DNA from: Mobula hypostoma
Taxonomy: Eukaryota
Direction of reading: 5' to 3'
DNA length: 64,000 bases
Assembly: GCF_963921235.1 (NCBI RefSeq)
Contig: NC_086097.1
Span: 126,234,001-126,298,000 of the forward strand
Shown here: positions 23,801 to 35,934 of the stretch, in pieces
Layout of the letters: the number at the start of each line of letters is the position of its first letter
Position numbering within the stretch: position 1 is the stretch's first letter
Notes under the pieces: model-generated
What the model saw: only the letters and a program-made list of their open reading frames with translations
Databases searched by the model: none
Told to the model about the DNA's origin: nothing
Made by a program: the position numbers and the translations under genes

Positions 23801-26715
23801 GTGCTGGACTATCTGAGACTAGAATTGAAACACGATTTTGAGACTGAGATGAGAAATTGAGTTCTTGACTGGATACTAGATAAAAACCTGACAAGACGAG
23901 ACGAAAATCCAAATGAGACAGAAATCCTTAAGTCAACTGCAATCTGAACCAAAGTTGAGCTGACGGTTGAACACTGAACCTGAATTTCGGTGCTCTTTAA
24001 ATATCCAAATCTTGACATCAAAACTTGGCTGCCAATTAGTGGAGTGGGCCAGAATCTATAAAGGGACCACGCCAGCTATCTGTATGACAATCATCGCATC
24101 TAAACCCCAGAGGCTGGCACGGTCGGGTACATTCTGTAAGATGACAAGGTACAAGATGAGGATTGATTTTGTGGAAAATATTTTTGCTTAAACTATTCCT
24201 TCCCCCATCCACTATCTTTGGGGGCGGGTGGGATCTATATGCGGATAAAGTATGGCTTAACACTTAAAAATATAAACTTAGCAGAAGACCTAAGACTGTT
24301 AATGTTCTTGCATGTTAGGTGTCCTGACAATGTTTCTGTGCAGATCTTTGTGTTGAACCTCTAAGTAGCTTATTATTTTTGCAGATTGCTAAATTTGCTA
24401 ATGATTTAAAGATGGGTAGTTTCATCGCTAATCAACTGGACTCTGAAAACTCACACTTGGTCATCAATCACACTTTTACTTGTGCACAAGGAGAGCAGCA
24501 TGGCTTCTGTCACTATAATTTTCTCCAGTCTGAACAGAGAAATGCCATTTTTATACATAATTGACTAGCAGTTGCCAATATTGACCATTTGGTGAACTTG
24601 TGTATGTTCAAACTCCCTTTTTTTGTATAAATCACCAATCACACTACAATAATACAAGTATTAATAACCAATAGAATTTCCATGCTAAAGGTCAATAATA
24701 CTTCAGAATTAGTAAAATAACTGATCAGTAGTAAGTGTTACCCTAGAATTCTTTGTTTGCATCCTTGTCTTTTGTATTCCAAAATGGCTCTGGTCCCTGC
24801 TGAGCAAAAGGAAGCTGTGCTTTTCAAAGATCTTTCTTAAAGATCCTTTCTTGTCTGGGCTGGCTGCATACGACCTGTAAGCTATCCTTGCCTGGACATT
24901 TTCAATCCTTACCTTGCTGCAACTTGCACAGTAAACTGTGAGAGAGGCATACGGTGGCTACAAATAGGAGCAAGGATCTGGCAAAAGGAGTATAATGTGG
25001 ACAAAATATGAAAAAATAAAATGAAACATTATTTAAATAGTGACACTACAGAGCTCTGAGGTCTAGAAAGGTCTTGATGTCCTCATGCATGATTCACTAA
25101 AGACATATGCAGATAGAGCAAGTAATCAGGAAAGCTAACAAAACTTTTGGTTATGTTGAAGGGAGTTGATTACAAATATTGGGAACTTGTGCTTCAGTTA
25201 TTTAGTGTATTGACACAACCACATTCAAAATACTGTGCACAGCAGTAGTCTTTAATGTTCATGGAAGGTTGCTAGTGTATTGGGAACGGTTCAGAGAAGG
25301 CTTAACTTTACAAATTTCTGGAATGAGTGAATTATTTTAGAGGAAAGTTGGAAAGGCTCAACTTGTGTCCATTGGAGCTTAGAAGCTGAGAGCAGATTTG
25401 ACTGAAGCAAGGTGCTGCAGGTTCTTGATGAGGCAAGTGTGGAGATATTTTCTCTTCTGAACTGGGGAGTCACGGTTATTTTTTAAATTGTCCATTTAAA
25501 ATGGGTAAGGTGAAATTATTTTTCTTAGTGGGGCATGTGTCTTTGGATTTCTCTTCCCCAAAAGGTGGTCAATAGATGTTGCCTGGCCTGCTGAGTTCCT
25601 CTAGCAATTTGTGTGTATTACTTTGATTTCCGGCATCTGCAGCTTTTCTCTTGTTTGTTTTCAAAGCAGAATCTTTTGGTATTTCTAAAGCAGAGGTTGA
25701 TGGTATTTGATAAGCAGGTTGGGGGGGGGGCAGTCTCTAGGTACCATAGGTAAAGTGGAATGCAGAATTGAGGTTATGGTACGAATACATTACTGAATGG
25801 TAGAATAGTGTTGAATGACTATCTCGCTGCCGACTGTTCCTAATCCTTGGATTTATTCACCTGTTACTTCAGGCGGGAAATTCAACATGCCTAATGCCAA
25901 ACAGGCTAACTGCCTTTCCTGTTTTATTCTAAAGTTATTTCTATGTATTGGTATTTTTAAAGGTAAATGAATATGAAAACAGTCACTTCAAATAGAGCAG
26001 TTTTGTGTGACAAGAATAACATTTGAAAAGTAGTTAATGGTACACAAATGCTGCCCCAAGCAAAGACTTGCACACTGGGTAATGTGAAGCTAGTTGAAAA
26101 AGAGGAATTCTAAATAATAAATTAATACAGTTAAGTATGGTAAGAAAATTTTGTATAGTTGGTTTTATTTCAAAATCAGCATAATGTACTGAAATTTTAT
26201 AATCATGTTTAAAAGATTGTGAAAAATAAAATTATCTTTTAAGCAATATTATAAATAACAGAATTTGGGATGTGAGATAGCAATGTGGCAATATATTTGT
26301 ATCATAAAACATCTCAGAAAATGTGAACAGTGTATTCACGATAAGATGTTCTTATGGCCACAAGTAATACTTGACAGTTTTGATAAACCATTCTTGATGC
26401 ACAGCCTTTTCAGTTGAAAGAAGCACAACTATTTACTGATAGAATTTAGGTATCTGGAAAAGCCTAAATAAGAGAAATTAAATAAACCCAAGCAGAAAAG
26501 TTATAAAATATCAGACTTGATATCTTAAACTTTATTGCAAGGAGGTAAGAGCTTGAGGTGGGCTGAGAGTACTGAATGGAGGTAGTGGATTGAAAGGAAA
26601 GTAGAAGCATCATATAATGACACAAGACTAAAAGGTATATATATGAACCAAATATTGAACTTAGTCATGTGATTTATATTATATTTATGTGGCACAAGTC
26701 ACAATGTTGTTAACA

Positions 26716-27030
26716 TGGTGGCACGGTATCGTAGCAGTTAGTACAATGCCCTACAGCACACTAGTTGTAAGATTGGAGCTTCAATTCCCACCATTGTATG
26801 TAGGAATTTGGTATGTTCTCCCCATGATTGTGTGAGTTTCCTTCGGATGCTTCTGTTTCCTCCCATGTTCCAAAGACTTACAAGGTTAGGGTTTGTAAGT
26901 TGTGGGTATGCTATGTTTGCACCTGAAGCATGGCGACACTGTGGACTACTCCCAGCATATCACTAACACAAATGATGCATGTTTCCATGTTTCGATTTAA
27001 GGTACATGTGATAAATAACCTTATCTTTAA
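26716..27030 (+). mobile_element. tRNA-derived SINE
   Basis: Same family as 16925-17230. Confidence 0.65.
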
Positions 27031-27289
27031 AGTTATGAATGATAAATCATACTTTGTAATGCATTCTTTTTGATTCCTATGATGTACAATTTGTAATAGT
27101 AGATAGATTTCTATACTGTACTTTGTAACATGGGAACACAAGTTAATTGTGTAACAGGCATCTTTTCCATTAAGCTTTCTTTTCATCTTAAAATTCTTTT
27201 AAAGATAATTATATCTGAAACTTTATATTAAAAAAGAATCCATTGGTTGAAGTTGCTAGATGAACACTTGTTCTAAAGCATTTCTGTCT

Positions 27290-27690
27290 CCTTGTTGTAG
27301 GGTTTGAAGGCTTGCGTGCCTCAATGACCCGGAAAGCAATGTTGGCTGGAGTCGGGGCTTTATGCTTTGGCTCTTGGTAGGGTCACTCATGCCAAACGCG
27401 TCGAAGGGTTGAAGCCAGACTTAAGAATGGTCCTCTGGGTTTGGGGGTTCAGCTCGGGGTTAACAGCCCTGACTGGTAAAACAAAACTGTTAAAGGAAAC
27501 AGCAATATGAAGTATCCTTCTATATCTTAAGTGCAATGGTATTTCTGAGTTTCCACCCGGAACCTGCAAGACTGTCAGTAGTGAAAACTGAGCTACTGAC
27601 AAGACAAAGGAAGCCCTGAACACCACCAGAAATGAAGGACCTTCATTGTTGCCCTAAACACCAGTGGTGTAATGGGGCAGTAGCTAGTGA
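27290..27690 (+). mobile_element. Short RTE (Expander/Rex3-like)-derived element
   Basis: 5' UTR motif GCTTTATGC..GGTAGGGTCAC(C/T)CATGCCAAAC; a second copy lies on the - strand at ~43590-43945. Confidence 0.55.
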
Positions 27691-27765
27691 TTTCTGTGTA
27701 TGGAACAATATTATGCATGTAAAAGTACAGGATGTATGACTAACATCTTTGTTTTATCTTTCCAG

Positions 27766-27892
27766 ATATGGTTTGCCAGTTAACTTCCAGGCCATGCTTT
27801 TACAACCCAACAAAAAAATGATGAAGAAACTTCGAGAAGTTCTCAATGATTTGTACAAACACCTAGACAGCAGTGCAGCCGCCATCATTGAT
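27766..27892 (+). CDS. ATP6V1C1: V-type proton ATPase subunit C1, internal coding exon (127 bp)
   Basis: Branch point TGACTAAC at 27737-27744; ttccag|A TAT GGT...ATT GAT|gtaggt; encodes [42 protein letters not shown]. Confidence 0.97.
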
Positions 27893-28407
27893 GTAGGTAC
27901 CTGAATGGCAACACTTGTTTCAGTAATTGTTAATCTATTAGGAGACATCGTTATTTTAAAAATAACTGACTGCAGGCCTCTTAGATAAAATGTTGATTGT
28001 AATTTTATGGAACAGATGGACCATTTATTGCACCATCACTTAATAACACGCAGACTAGTCGCAATTTTTCCCAAAAGTGTACTTTATATATAAAGCTCAA
28101 GACTCTTTATTCCATTCCATAGATGCAACCTGACCACCCAAGTTCAGATGGGACCTGGAATTATCTTCATTTACTATACCAGGCGTACTAGGTCATTAGT
28201 TATTCATTCTTAGATATTCGTTGTAGTTTTTATCCACAGTCCACAGGCTTTTCTCATAGTTGCATTAGTGTCCTTCAACACATAATTCTATAGTTTGGAT
28301 TACAGAATTTATACTTGATGGAAGTTACTGCTTCTGAAATGTGAAGGGCATTCTCTACCTGTGGGAGAGCCTTTCATTGCAAAATCCTTAGATTAGAATG
28401 AGAATCA

Positions 28408-28866
28408 TATTCTGTCTGGGTAGCCTCCAATATGATGCCATCAATTTCTCTGACTTCTGTTAATCTCTCCTTGTTCCCCTTCTCTCTTTTTCTATTCCCC
28501 ATTGTTTCCCCTCTTACTTCTTCTCCTCCCTTGCCCATCACCACCTCCTACCTGTCCTCCTTCCCTTTCTCCCATGATCCACTCTCCTCTCCTATCAGAT
28601 TCCTTCTTCAGCCCTTTACCTTTTCCATCTGTCACCTCCCAGCTTCTCACTTCATCCTCCCTCCCCCACCTACCTTCTTCCTCACTCGGCTTCACGTATC
28701 ACCTTCCAGCTTGTACTGCTTCTCCTCCCCACACCATCTTATTCTGACTTTCTCCCCTTTCCTTTCCAGTCCTGATGAAGGGTCTCAGCCCAAAAGGTCT
28801 GCTGTTTATTCCTTTCATGGGTGCTGCCTAACCTACTGAATTCCTCCAGCATTTTATTTGTGTTAC
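28408..28866 (+). mobile_element. PLE 3' fragment (second subfamily) with a decayed hammerhead
   Basis: CTGGGTAGCCTCCAA ORF end, then a pyrimidine-rich UTR, then CAGTCCTGATGAAGGGTCTCAGCCCAAAAGG at 28767-28797. Confidence 0.75.
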
Positions 28867-30049
28867 TAATGAGAAATCAGGTTTATTATCACTGACATGT
28901 GTTGTGAAATTTGTTGATTTGTGGCAGCAATACAGCGCTAGTTAAAATACTGTAAGTTACAAAAATAAAATAATAGTGGCAAAAGAAGAATAACAAGGTA
29001 ATGTCCATGGACCATTCAGAATTATGATGGCAGATGAGTAGACTGTGGGTCTTCAAGCCCCTTTATCTCCTCCATAATGAAGAGGGCATGTCCTGGATGG
29101 TTTGGGTCCTTAGTGATAGATGCCACCTCTTGAAGATGTCCTTGGTGGAGCTGGCTGAGTACACAACCCTCCGCAGCCCCTTCTAATACTATGCATCAGG
29201 TAGTGATGAAACCTGTCAGAACACCCTCCATGGCACATGTGCAAGTGTTTGGTGAGAGACCAGATCTGCTCAAACTAATAAAGTAGAACTGCTGACGTGC
29301 ATTAATGTGTTAGGCTCGAGATGGATCCACCAAGCAGTTAATTCCCAGACACTTGAAGCTGCTTATCCTTTCCACTGCTGACCCTTCAACAAGAAATAGT
29401 GTTGTGTTCTTCCAACTTCCTCTTCTGAACTGCACAATCAGTCTCTTGGTCTTGTCTTGTTGCGATACCACTGATCTATCTCACTTTTGTGTACCTCCAA
29501 GTCACCATCTAAGATTTTGTCAACAGTGATGTTATCAACAAATTTATAGATGGTCTTTCAGCTGGTGTTAGCCACACAGTCATGAGGTGTCAAGAGAGTA
29601 GAGTCATGGGCAAAGCACACTTGAGGTACATGCATGTTGTCACATCTTCACTGTGCCTCTCAATAAGGAAGCTGAAGGTCTACTTACAGAGGTCCAGATT
29701 TTGAAGCTTGTTGATTAGTACAGAAGGAATGGTGGGCCAAGATGTAAACGATAAATATCAGCCTGTCCTATACCTGGGTGTACCTGAGTATATGGGGTGA
29801 AATTCTTTTCAAATCGGTCTTCAGAAAAATTCAAAAGATCATTCATTATTGCCTAGCTGAAATAATCTGGTGTATTAGAAGTTTCAATTTGTTTTTAATG
29901 AGGTTTTGCTTTTTTAAAAAAAAAAATCAATGCTAGTTGCACCACACTTAGATACATTTGTTGCTTGACCTTGAATGTGAATGCCTTTGTTAGCAAATAT
30001 TTACAATTAACCCTGATTTCCTCCGCAGTGCAATTGTATCCTTTCTAAA

Positions 30050-31470
30050 CATGGAGAAAGTTCAGAAATCAAAGATGCAAAGGGACTTGGGAGTCTTGCA
30101 GGTTTTCCTAAAGGTTAATTTGCAGGTTGAGTTGGTAGTAAGGAAGGCCATTGTAATGTTTACATTCATTTCTAAAGAACTAGAATATAAAATCAAGATG
30201 TAATGTTGAGGCTCTATAAGACATTGGTCAGATCGTGCTTGGAGTATTGTGAGCAGTTTTGGGCCCCTTAGAGTGGATGTGGAGAGGATATGAGGAGATG
30301 AGGCTGAGTACAGCAAGGGAGATGAGGCTGAGTACAGGGCTATGGTGGGAAACCTTGTCACATAGTGTGAGCAGAATTATCTGCAGCTTAATGTGAAAAA
30401 GACTAAGAAGCTGGTGGTGGACCTGAGGAGGGCTAAGGCACTGGTGACCCCTGTTTCCATCCACGGGGTCAGTGTGGATATGGTGGAGGATTACAAATAC
30501 CTGGGGATATGAATTGACAATAAACTGCACTGGTCAAAGAACACTGAGGCTGTCTACAAGAAGGGTCAGAACCGTCTCTATTTCTTGAGGAGACTGAGGT
30601 CCTTTGACCTCTGTGGGACGATGCTGAGGATGTTCTATGAATCTGTGGTGGCCAGAGCTATCATGTTTGCTGTTGTGTGCTGGGGCAGCCGGCTGAGGGT
30701 AGCAGACACCAACAGAATCAACAAACTCATTCGTCAAGCCAGTGATGTTGTGGGGATGGAACTGGACTCTCTGATGGTGGTGTCTGAAAAGAGGATGCTG
30801 TCCAAGTTGCATGCCATCTTGGACAATGTCTCCCATCCACTACATAATGTACTGGTTGGGCACAGGAGCACATTCAGCCAGAGACTCGTTCCACCAAAAT
30901 GCAACACAGAGCGTCATAGGAAGTCATTCCTGCCTGTGACTATCAAACTTTACAACTCCTCCTTTGGAGGGTCAGACACCCTGAGCCAATAGGCTGGTCC
31001 TGGACTTATTTCCATCTGGCGTAATTTACATATTATTATTTAATTAATTTATGGTTTTACATTGCTATATTTATACTCTATTCTTGGTTGGTGCAACTGT
31101 AACGAAACCCAATTTCCCTAGGGATCAATGAAGTATGTCTATCTATCCATCCATCAATCTATTTCCTATAGTGGGGAAGTCTAGGACCAGGTGTTTTTTT
31201 GAGAACAGAGATGAGAAGGAATTTCTTTAGCCAGAGGATGGTGAATCTGTGGAATTCATTGTCATAGACGGCTGTGGAGGCCAAAACATTGGGCATATTT
31301 AATGCGGAGGTTGATAGGTTCTTGATTAGTAAGGGCATCAAAGGTTACAGGGAGAAGGTAGAATAGGATTGAGGGGGATAATAAATCATCCATGATGGAC
31401 TGGCGGAGCAAGCCCAATGGGCCAAATGGCCTAATTCTGCTTCTGTGTCTTTCTCTCCAATGGTCTTATA
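30050..31470 (+). mobile_element. CR1 3' fragment split by a Rex/Babar insertion
   Basis: CR1 sequence GTGGAGAGGATAT (to ~30291) continues as TTCCTATAGTGGGG at ~31163. Confidence 0.75.
30292..31160 (+). mobile_element. Rex1/Babar LINE 3' end
   Basis: ORF 30585..30992 has RRLRSF..MFYESVVA..FAVVCWG..HPLH..RHRKSFLP; (TCTA/TCCA)n tail; nearly the same sequence as 51441-52338. Confidence 0.85.
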
Positions 31471-32244
31471 AAGTGGCCACTGAGTATGAATTATTCTTGA
31501 TGAGCAAAAGTTTGATTTGACACAAAATGATGCATTTTGCTGTATGTTTTGATGTACATGTAACAAATAATCTCATTTTATAAAGTTGCATTCTTTAGTT
31601 TTAAACCCATGAGCTATCAGTTTACTGATTCTCTATTCATTGTTGCTTTAACTTGTGCATATTATCATAAACTTTGTATAATCCTTTCTCTTGGGCAAAA
31701 ATACGTGGGGGTATTGCACGCACACACCTGTTGTATAGAATGATTCTAGGATACAGTATTATAGTGTGCTAATACAATAGGCATTAATCTTGAGGTTTAA
31801 TTACTGTATCTAATCTTATTTGAATTTGTACACAATCATTGTATTCTTACTATGACTGAGCTTGCTTGACATTTGGAGACAAACTTGTAAAAGCTGATGG
31901 TACAAGTTTTCTTATTTGACTGCACGACTTTTTGAAAGCTCATGGATAACATTCAAGTTGCTGAATGAGCTGCTGGTTAATTGGGAGTTAACTGTATTTT
32001 GTATGGTTTGACTTGTATTCCACACAAACAGAAATACATGTGTAAATTCAGTTAATTCTAGCTCACAAAAAGAGCAATTCTAAATCTAACATCATTAATG
32101 TAAATCTACTTAAAATCACTGCTTTCTGGATCAAATATTCAAAAATTCCCGTTACCTCCTTGCTCCTCTCTTCATCCCACCTATTTCTTCTTACTGTCCT
32201 CTCTCATTTGCCTATTCCTATTATCTTCATTATCATCACTCTAC

Positions 32245-32772
32245 AACACTTGGCCACTTTATTTCCACAAGAGTGGAATCTGATGTGGTCTTCTGCTGCT
32301 GTTGCCCATCTCATTCAAGAGTCGATGTGTTGTTTGGTCAGAGATGCTCTTCTGCACACCACAGTTGCAACATGTGTTTATTTGAGTTATGTCGCCTTTC
32401 TTTCTGATTGAGCCAGTCTTGCCACTCTCCCCTGACTTCTCTCATTAACAAGATGTTTTCACCCACAGAGCTGCTGCTCACTGGATTTTTTTTGTTTTCC
32501 ACACTGTTCTCTTTCTAGAGACTGTGTATGTGAAAATCCCAGGAAGTCAGCAGTTTCTGAGATACTCATATCACCCTGTCTGGCACCAACAATATTTCCA
32601 GTCAAAGTCACTTAGAGCACATTTCTTCCTCATTCTGATGTCTGGTCTGAACTACAGCTGAACCTCTTGACCATGTCTGCATGCTTTGATGCATTGAGTT
32701 GCTGCCACATGATTGGCTCAATAGATATTAGCATTAATGAACTGGTGTACATGTGTACCTGTAAAGTGGCTG
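32245..32772 (+). mobile_element. Non-autonomous DNA transposon (Tc1-like MITE)
   Basis: Inverted termini ..GGCCACTTTA / TAAAGTGGC..; internal similarity to 10293-10568. Confidence 0.6.
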
Positions 32773-33063
32773 TGGATGTCAGTTGTGCAATACAAAATTT
32801 GTAAATTTTCGTATTTTTTATTTGGTAAAATTTCCTTCAGTTTTATTGAAGTCAGGAACTTCAAAAGAATTGTAACATGGAAATGTCATTGATTTATGCA
32901 TGAATTTACTTAATTTACAAATTGCCAGTTTATATTTTAGAATTTGAAACAAAGTTATTTTGGAAACTGCTGCATTATCTTAAATTGAGCTTTTTTTAAA
33001 AAAAAGTCTATGAATGGAATAATGTAAATCAAATGTTAATTTGTTTTCAACCTTCTTTTACAG

Positions 33064-33159
33064 GCTGCAATGGACATACCAGGTCTAAGTTTAAGTCAGC
33101 AGGAATACTACCCATATGTATATTATAAGATTGACTGCAACCTGCTTGAGTTCAAATAA
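33064..33159 (+). CDS. ATP6V1C1: V-type proton ATPase subunit C1, last coding exon (96 bp including TAA)
   Basis: ttacag|GCT GCA ATG...TTC AAA TAA; encodes [31 protein letters not shown], the C1-type C-terminus. Confidence 0.97.
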   Translation, partial: AAMDIPGLSLSQQEYYPYVYYKIDCNLLEFK

Positions 33160-33460
33160 AAGTTCATATAGTTCTTTTCCAGTCACCTTGGCTTTTAGAG
33201 TATGGGTAACAGTAGTACTGGATTGCAACTTGCTCCTCCCTTTTTCTTCAAGCCTGGGTTAACTGGTGTTTGCTTATTCATTCCTGCAATTAGGTCCAGC
33301 TCTGTGATCTGTCCACTGATGTTTCCTTCAAAGATGTGTTGACATACTTTTTTTTTACCAATCAGGTATTGAATTATGTGCTGCAATAATCTGGATCTAT
33401 ATTTATGAAACAAACTCACTATTTAAAAATTTTAAAAAACTCATTTGTGAAGTGCTGTGC

Positions 33461-33760
33461 AATAAACTGCATTAGTTGTCAATATTCCTGGAAGACCTTG
33501 TTTACAGCTATGTATTAATAGTGCAAAGAGTTTGTATCATGTCACCTCTTCACCTGTGTTTGATACATAAAATTTTAAATGGTCATTGGTCGTAACAAAT
33601 TGTGTTTATTGAAAAAGTATATGTGATGTACCAGGTCTGTACTGGTGTTTCAAACATGACTCCAATGTGCAACATTCATGATTAATGATGTCTTCAAAAT
33701 ATGTAATAAATGTAAAAGTCATGGTAATGAAGATGTTTTCAGTGTTTAGTATTTGTCAAA
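33461..33760 (+). terminator. Candidate polyadenylation signals of ATP6V1C1
   Basis: AATAAA at 33461-33466 and 33705-33710. The second is followed by a GT/T-rich tract (GATGTTTTCAGTGTTTAGTATTTGT), after which repeats resume at ~33780. Confidence 0.6.
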
Positions 33761-34189
33761 TTACTAAATAAGTAAGAAGCATAGAAAATCTTCAGCACAA
33801 TACAGGCCCTTCGGCCCACAATGCTGTACCAAACATGTACGTACTTTAGAAATTACCAAGGGTTACCTATAGCCCTCTATTTTTCTAAGCTCCATGTACT
33901 TATCCAAGAGTCTCTTAAAAGACCCTGTTGCGACCACTGTCGCCGGCAGCCCATTTCACGCACTCACCATTTTTTTAAAACTTGCTCCTGACATCTCCAC
34001 TGTACCTACTTCCAAGCACCTTGAAACTGTGCCCTCTCATGTAAGCCACTTCAGCCCTGGAAAAAAGCCTCTGACTATCCACACGATCAATGCCTCTCAT
34101 CAGACCATAAAAGCATAAGATATGAGTGCAAAATCTAATGTTATAACATTGTTGAAATTATAGAATTGCTAAAACAAGTTAAGATTTTA

Positions 34190-34677
34190 GGATGTTGAGT
34201 ACCTTCACTCCATCTGCAACAGGCAGTATTTCCTGGTGGTCAACCATATAAATTCTACTGCCCATTCTAATTCCAAAGTGACAGTTCATAGCCTTCTCTA
34301 CTGCCATGATGAAGCCATTCTCAAGTTGGAGGAGCAACGCATCAATTCTGCCTGGGTAGCCTCCAACCTGACAGCACAAACAATGATTTCTCTAACTTCT
34401 GGTAATTTCACCTCCTCCCCCATCTCTCTTTTTGTGTTCCACATTCTGGCTCTTCTCACCTGCTTATCACCTTCCTCTGCTGATTTTTCTCTTGTTTGTT
34501 CTCCTCCCACCTTATTTTATTCTGGTGTCTTTCCCCTTCCTTTCCAGTCCTGATGAAGGGTCTCAGCCCAAAATGTTGACTGCTTATTCCTCTCCATAGA
34601 TGCAGTCCACCTCCTGAGTTCCTCCAGCATTTTGTTTGTTGCTCTGGATTTCCAACATTTGCAGAATCTCTTTTGGC
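34190..34677 (+). mobile_element. PLE 3' fragment with a decayed hammerhead
   Basis: GIY-YIG C-terminal remnant (EAILKLEEQ); 10-bp TSD TAAGATTTTA at 34180-34189 and 34678-34687. Confidence 0.78.
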
Positions 34678-35934
34678 TAAGATTTTATAAAAACAAAATA
34701 TTAAAGGTGCTGGAAGTGTGAAATGGAAACTAAAATTTTGGAAGCACTTTGTATATAAGAGTGTACTTGCAGGGAGTGAAAGAATTAATATGTCATGTTT
34801 ATCATACTTATGAAATTGCATCTTCAGCAACCTGGGCTCAATGCTCACTTCATACTATCTGTATGGTGTTTACATGTTCTTTCGATGACTGTGGGTTTTC
34901 CCTGCATGCTCTGACTTCCTGTCTTATCCAAAAGGTATGCAGTAGGTTAATTGTCAAAGTTCAAAGTAAATTTATTATCTAATTCCATGTATGTAAAAAG
35001 TGCGGAATAGGCCCTTCGAACCATACTGCCCAGTAATCCACCGTTTTTATTGTAGACTAATTACGGGACAATTTACAATGGCCAATTAACCAACCAACTG
35101 ATACGCTTTGGACTGTGGGAGGAAACTGAAGTACCTGGAGGAAACCTATGCAGTCACAGAGAGAACGTACAAACTCAAACAAAATAAACAAGCAACTATA
35201 CTTCCCTGAGATTCAATTTCTTGCAGGCATTCACAGTAGAATAAAGGAGTAAAATAGAATCAATGAAAAATGACAAAAACTGACAAGCAACTAATGTGCA
35301 AATGCAAAAGGAAGCGTCTAATAAGTAATATTGTGAACTTGAGTTGTAAAGTTCTTGAAAGTCAATCATTATTGATCAGTTCAGTGTTGTGGTGAGTGAA
35401 GTTATCCAATCTGGTTCAGGAGCCTGGTGGTTGTAGGGTAATAACTGTTCCTGAACCTGGTAATGTGGCACCTAAGACTCCTGAACCACCTCCCTGATGG
35501 CATCAGTAATGGCCTTAGACGATGGAGGTTCTTGATGATGGCTGTTGGAAATCCAGGGAAAAGTGCACAAAATGCTGAAGGAACTCAGCTGGTTAGGCAT
35601 CATTTATTGAGAGGAGTAAACAGTTGATATTTCAGGCGAAGACACTTCATCAGGACCGGAAAAGGAGGAGGAAGAGTCCAGAATAAAGTAGGGATGGTGT
35701 TTTTTTTTTGTGTGGCAGTGCTCTATGTAAATATACTGGATGGTAGGGAAGGCTTTTCCTTTAATGGACTGGAGTGTATCCACCTCGTACTGTAGACAAG
35801 TTGTCTGCTGACCTGTATATTACCTGAGTATGTAGCTGAGTGGTGTAATGTAGGGGAAGTTAATAGAACTATGGGAAGTATAAGGTGGCATTAGTGTAAA
35901 TGGTTGTTGATAGTCACTGTAATAGTAACTTTGA

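Noticed and set aside
33155..33160. AATAAA overlapping the stop codon as the poly(A) signal
   Set aside because: It arises from the AAA-TAA-A codon context; better-placed signals lie at 33461 and 33705.
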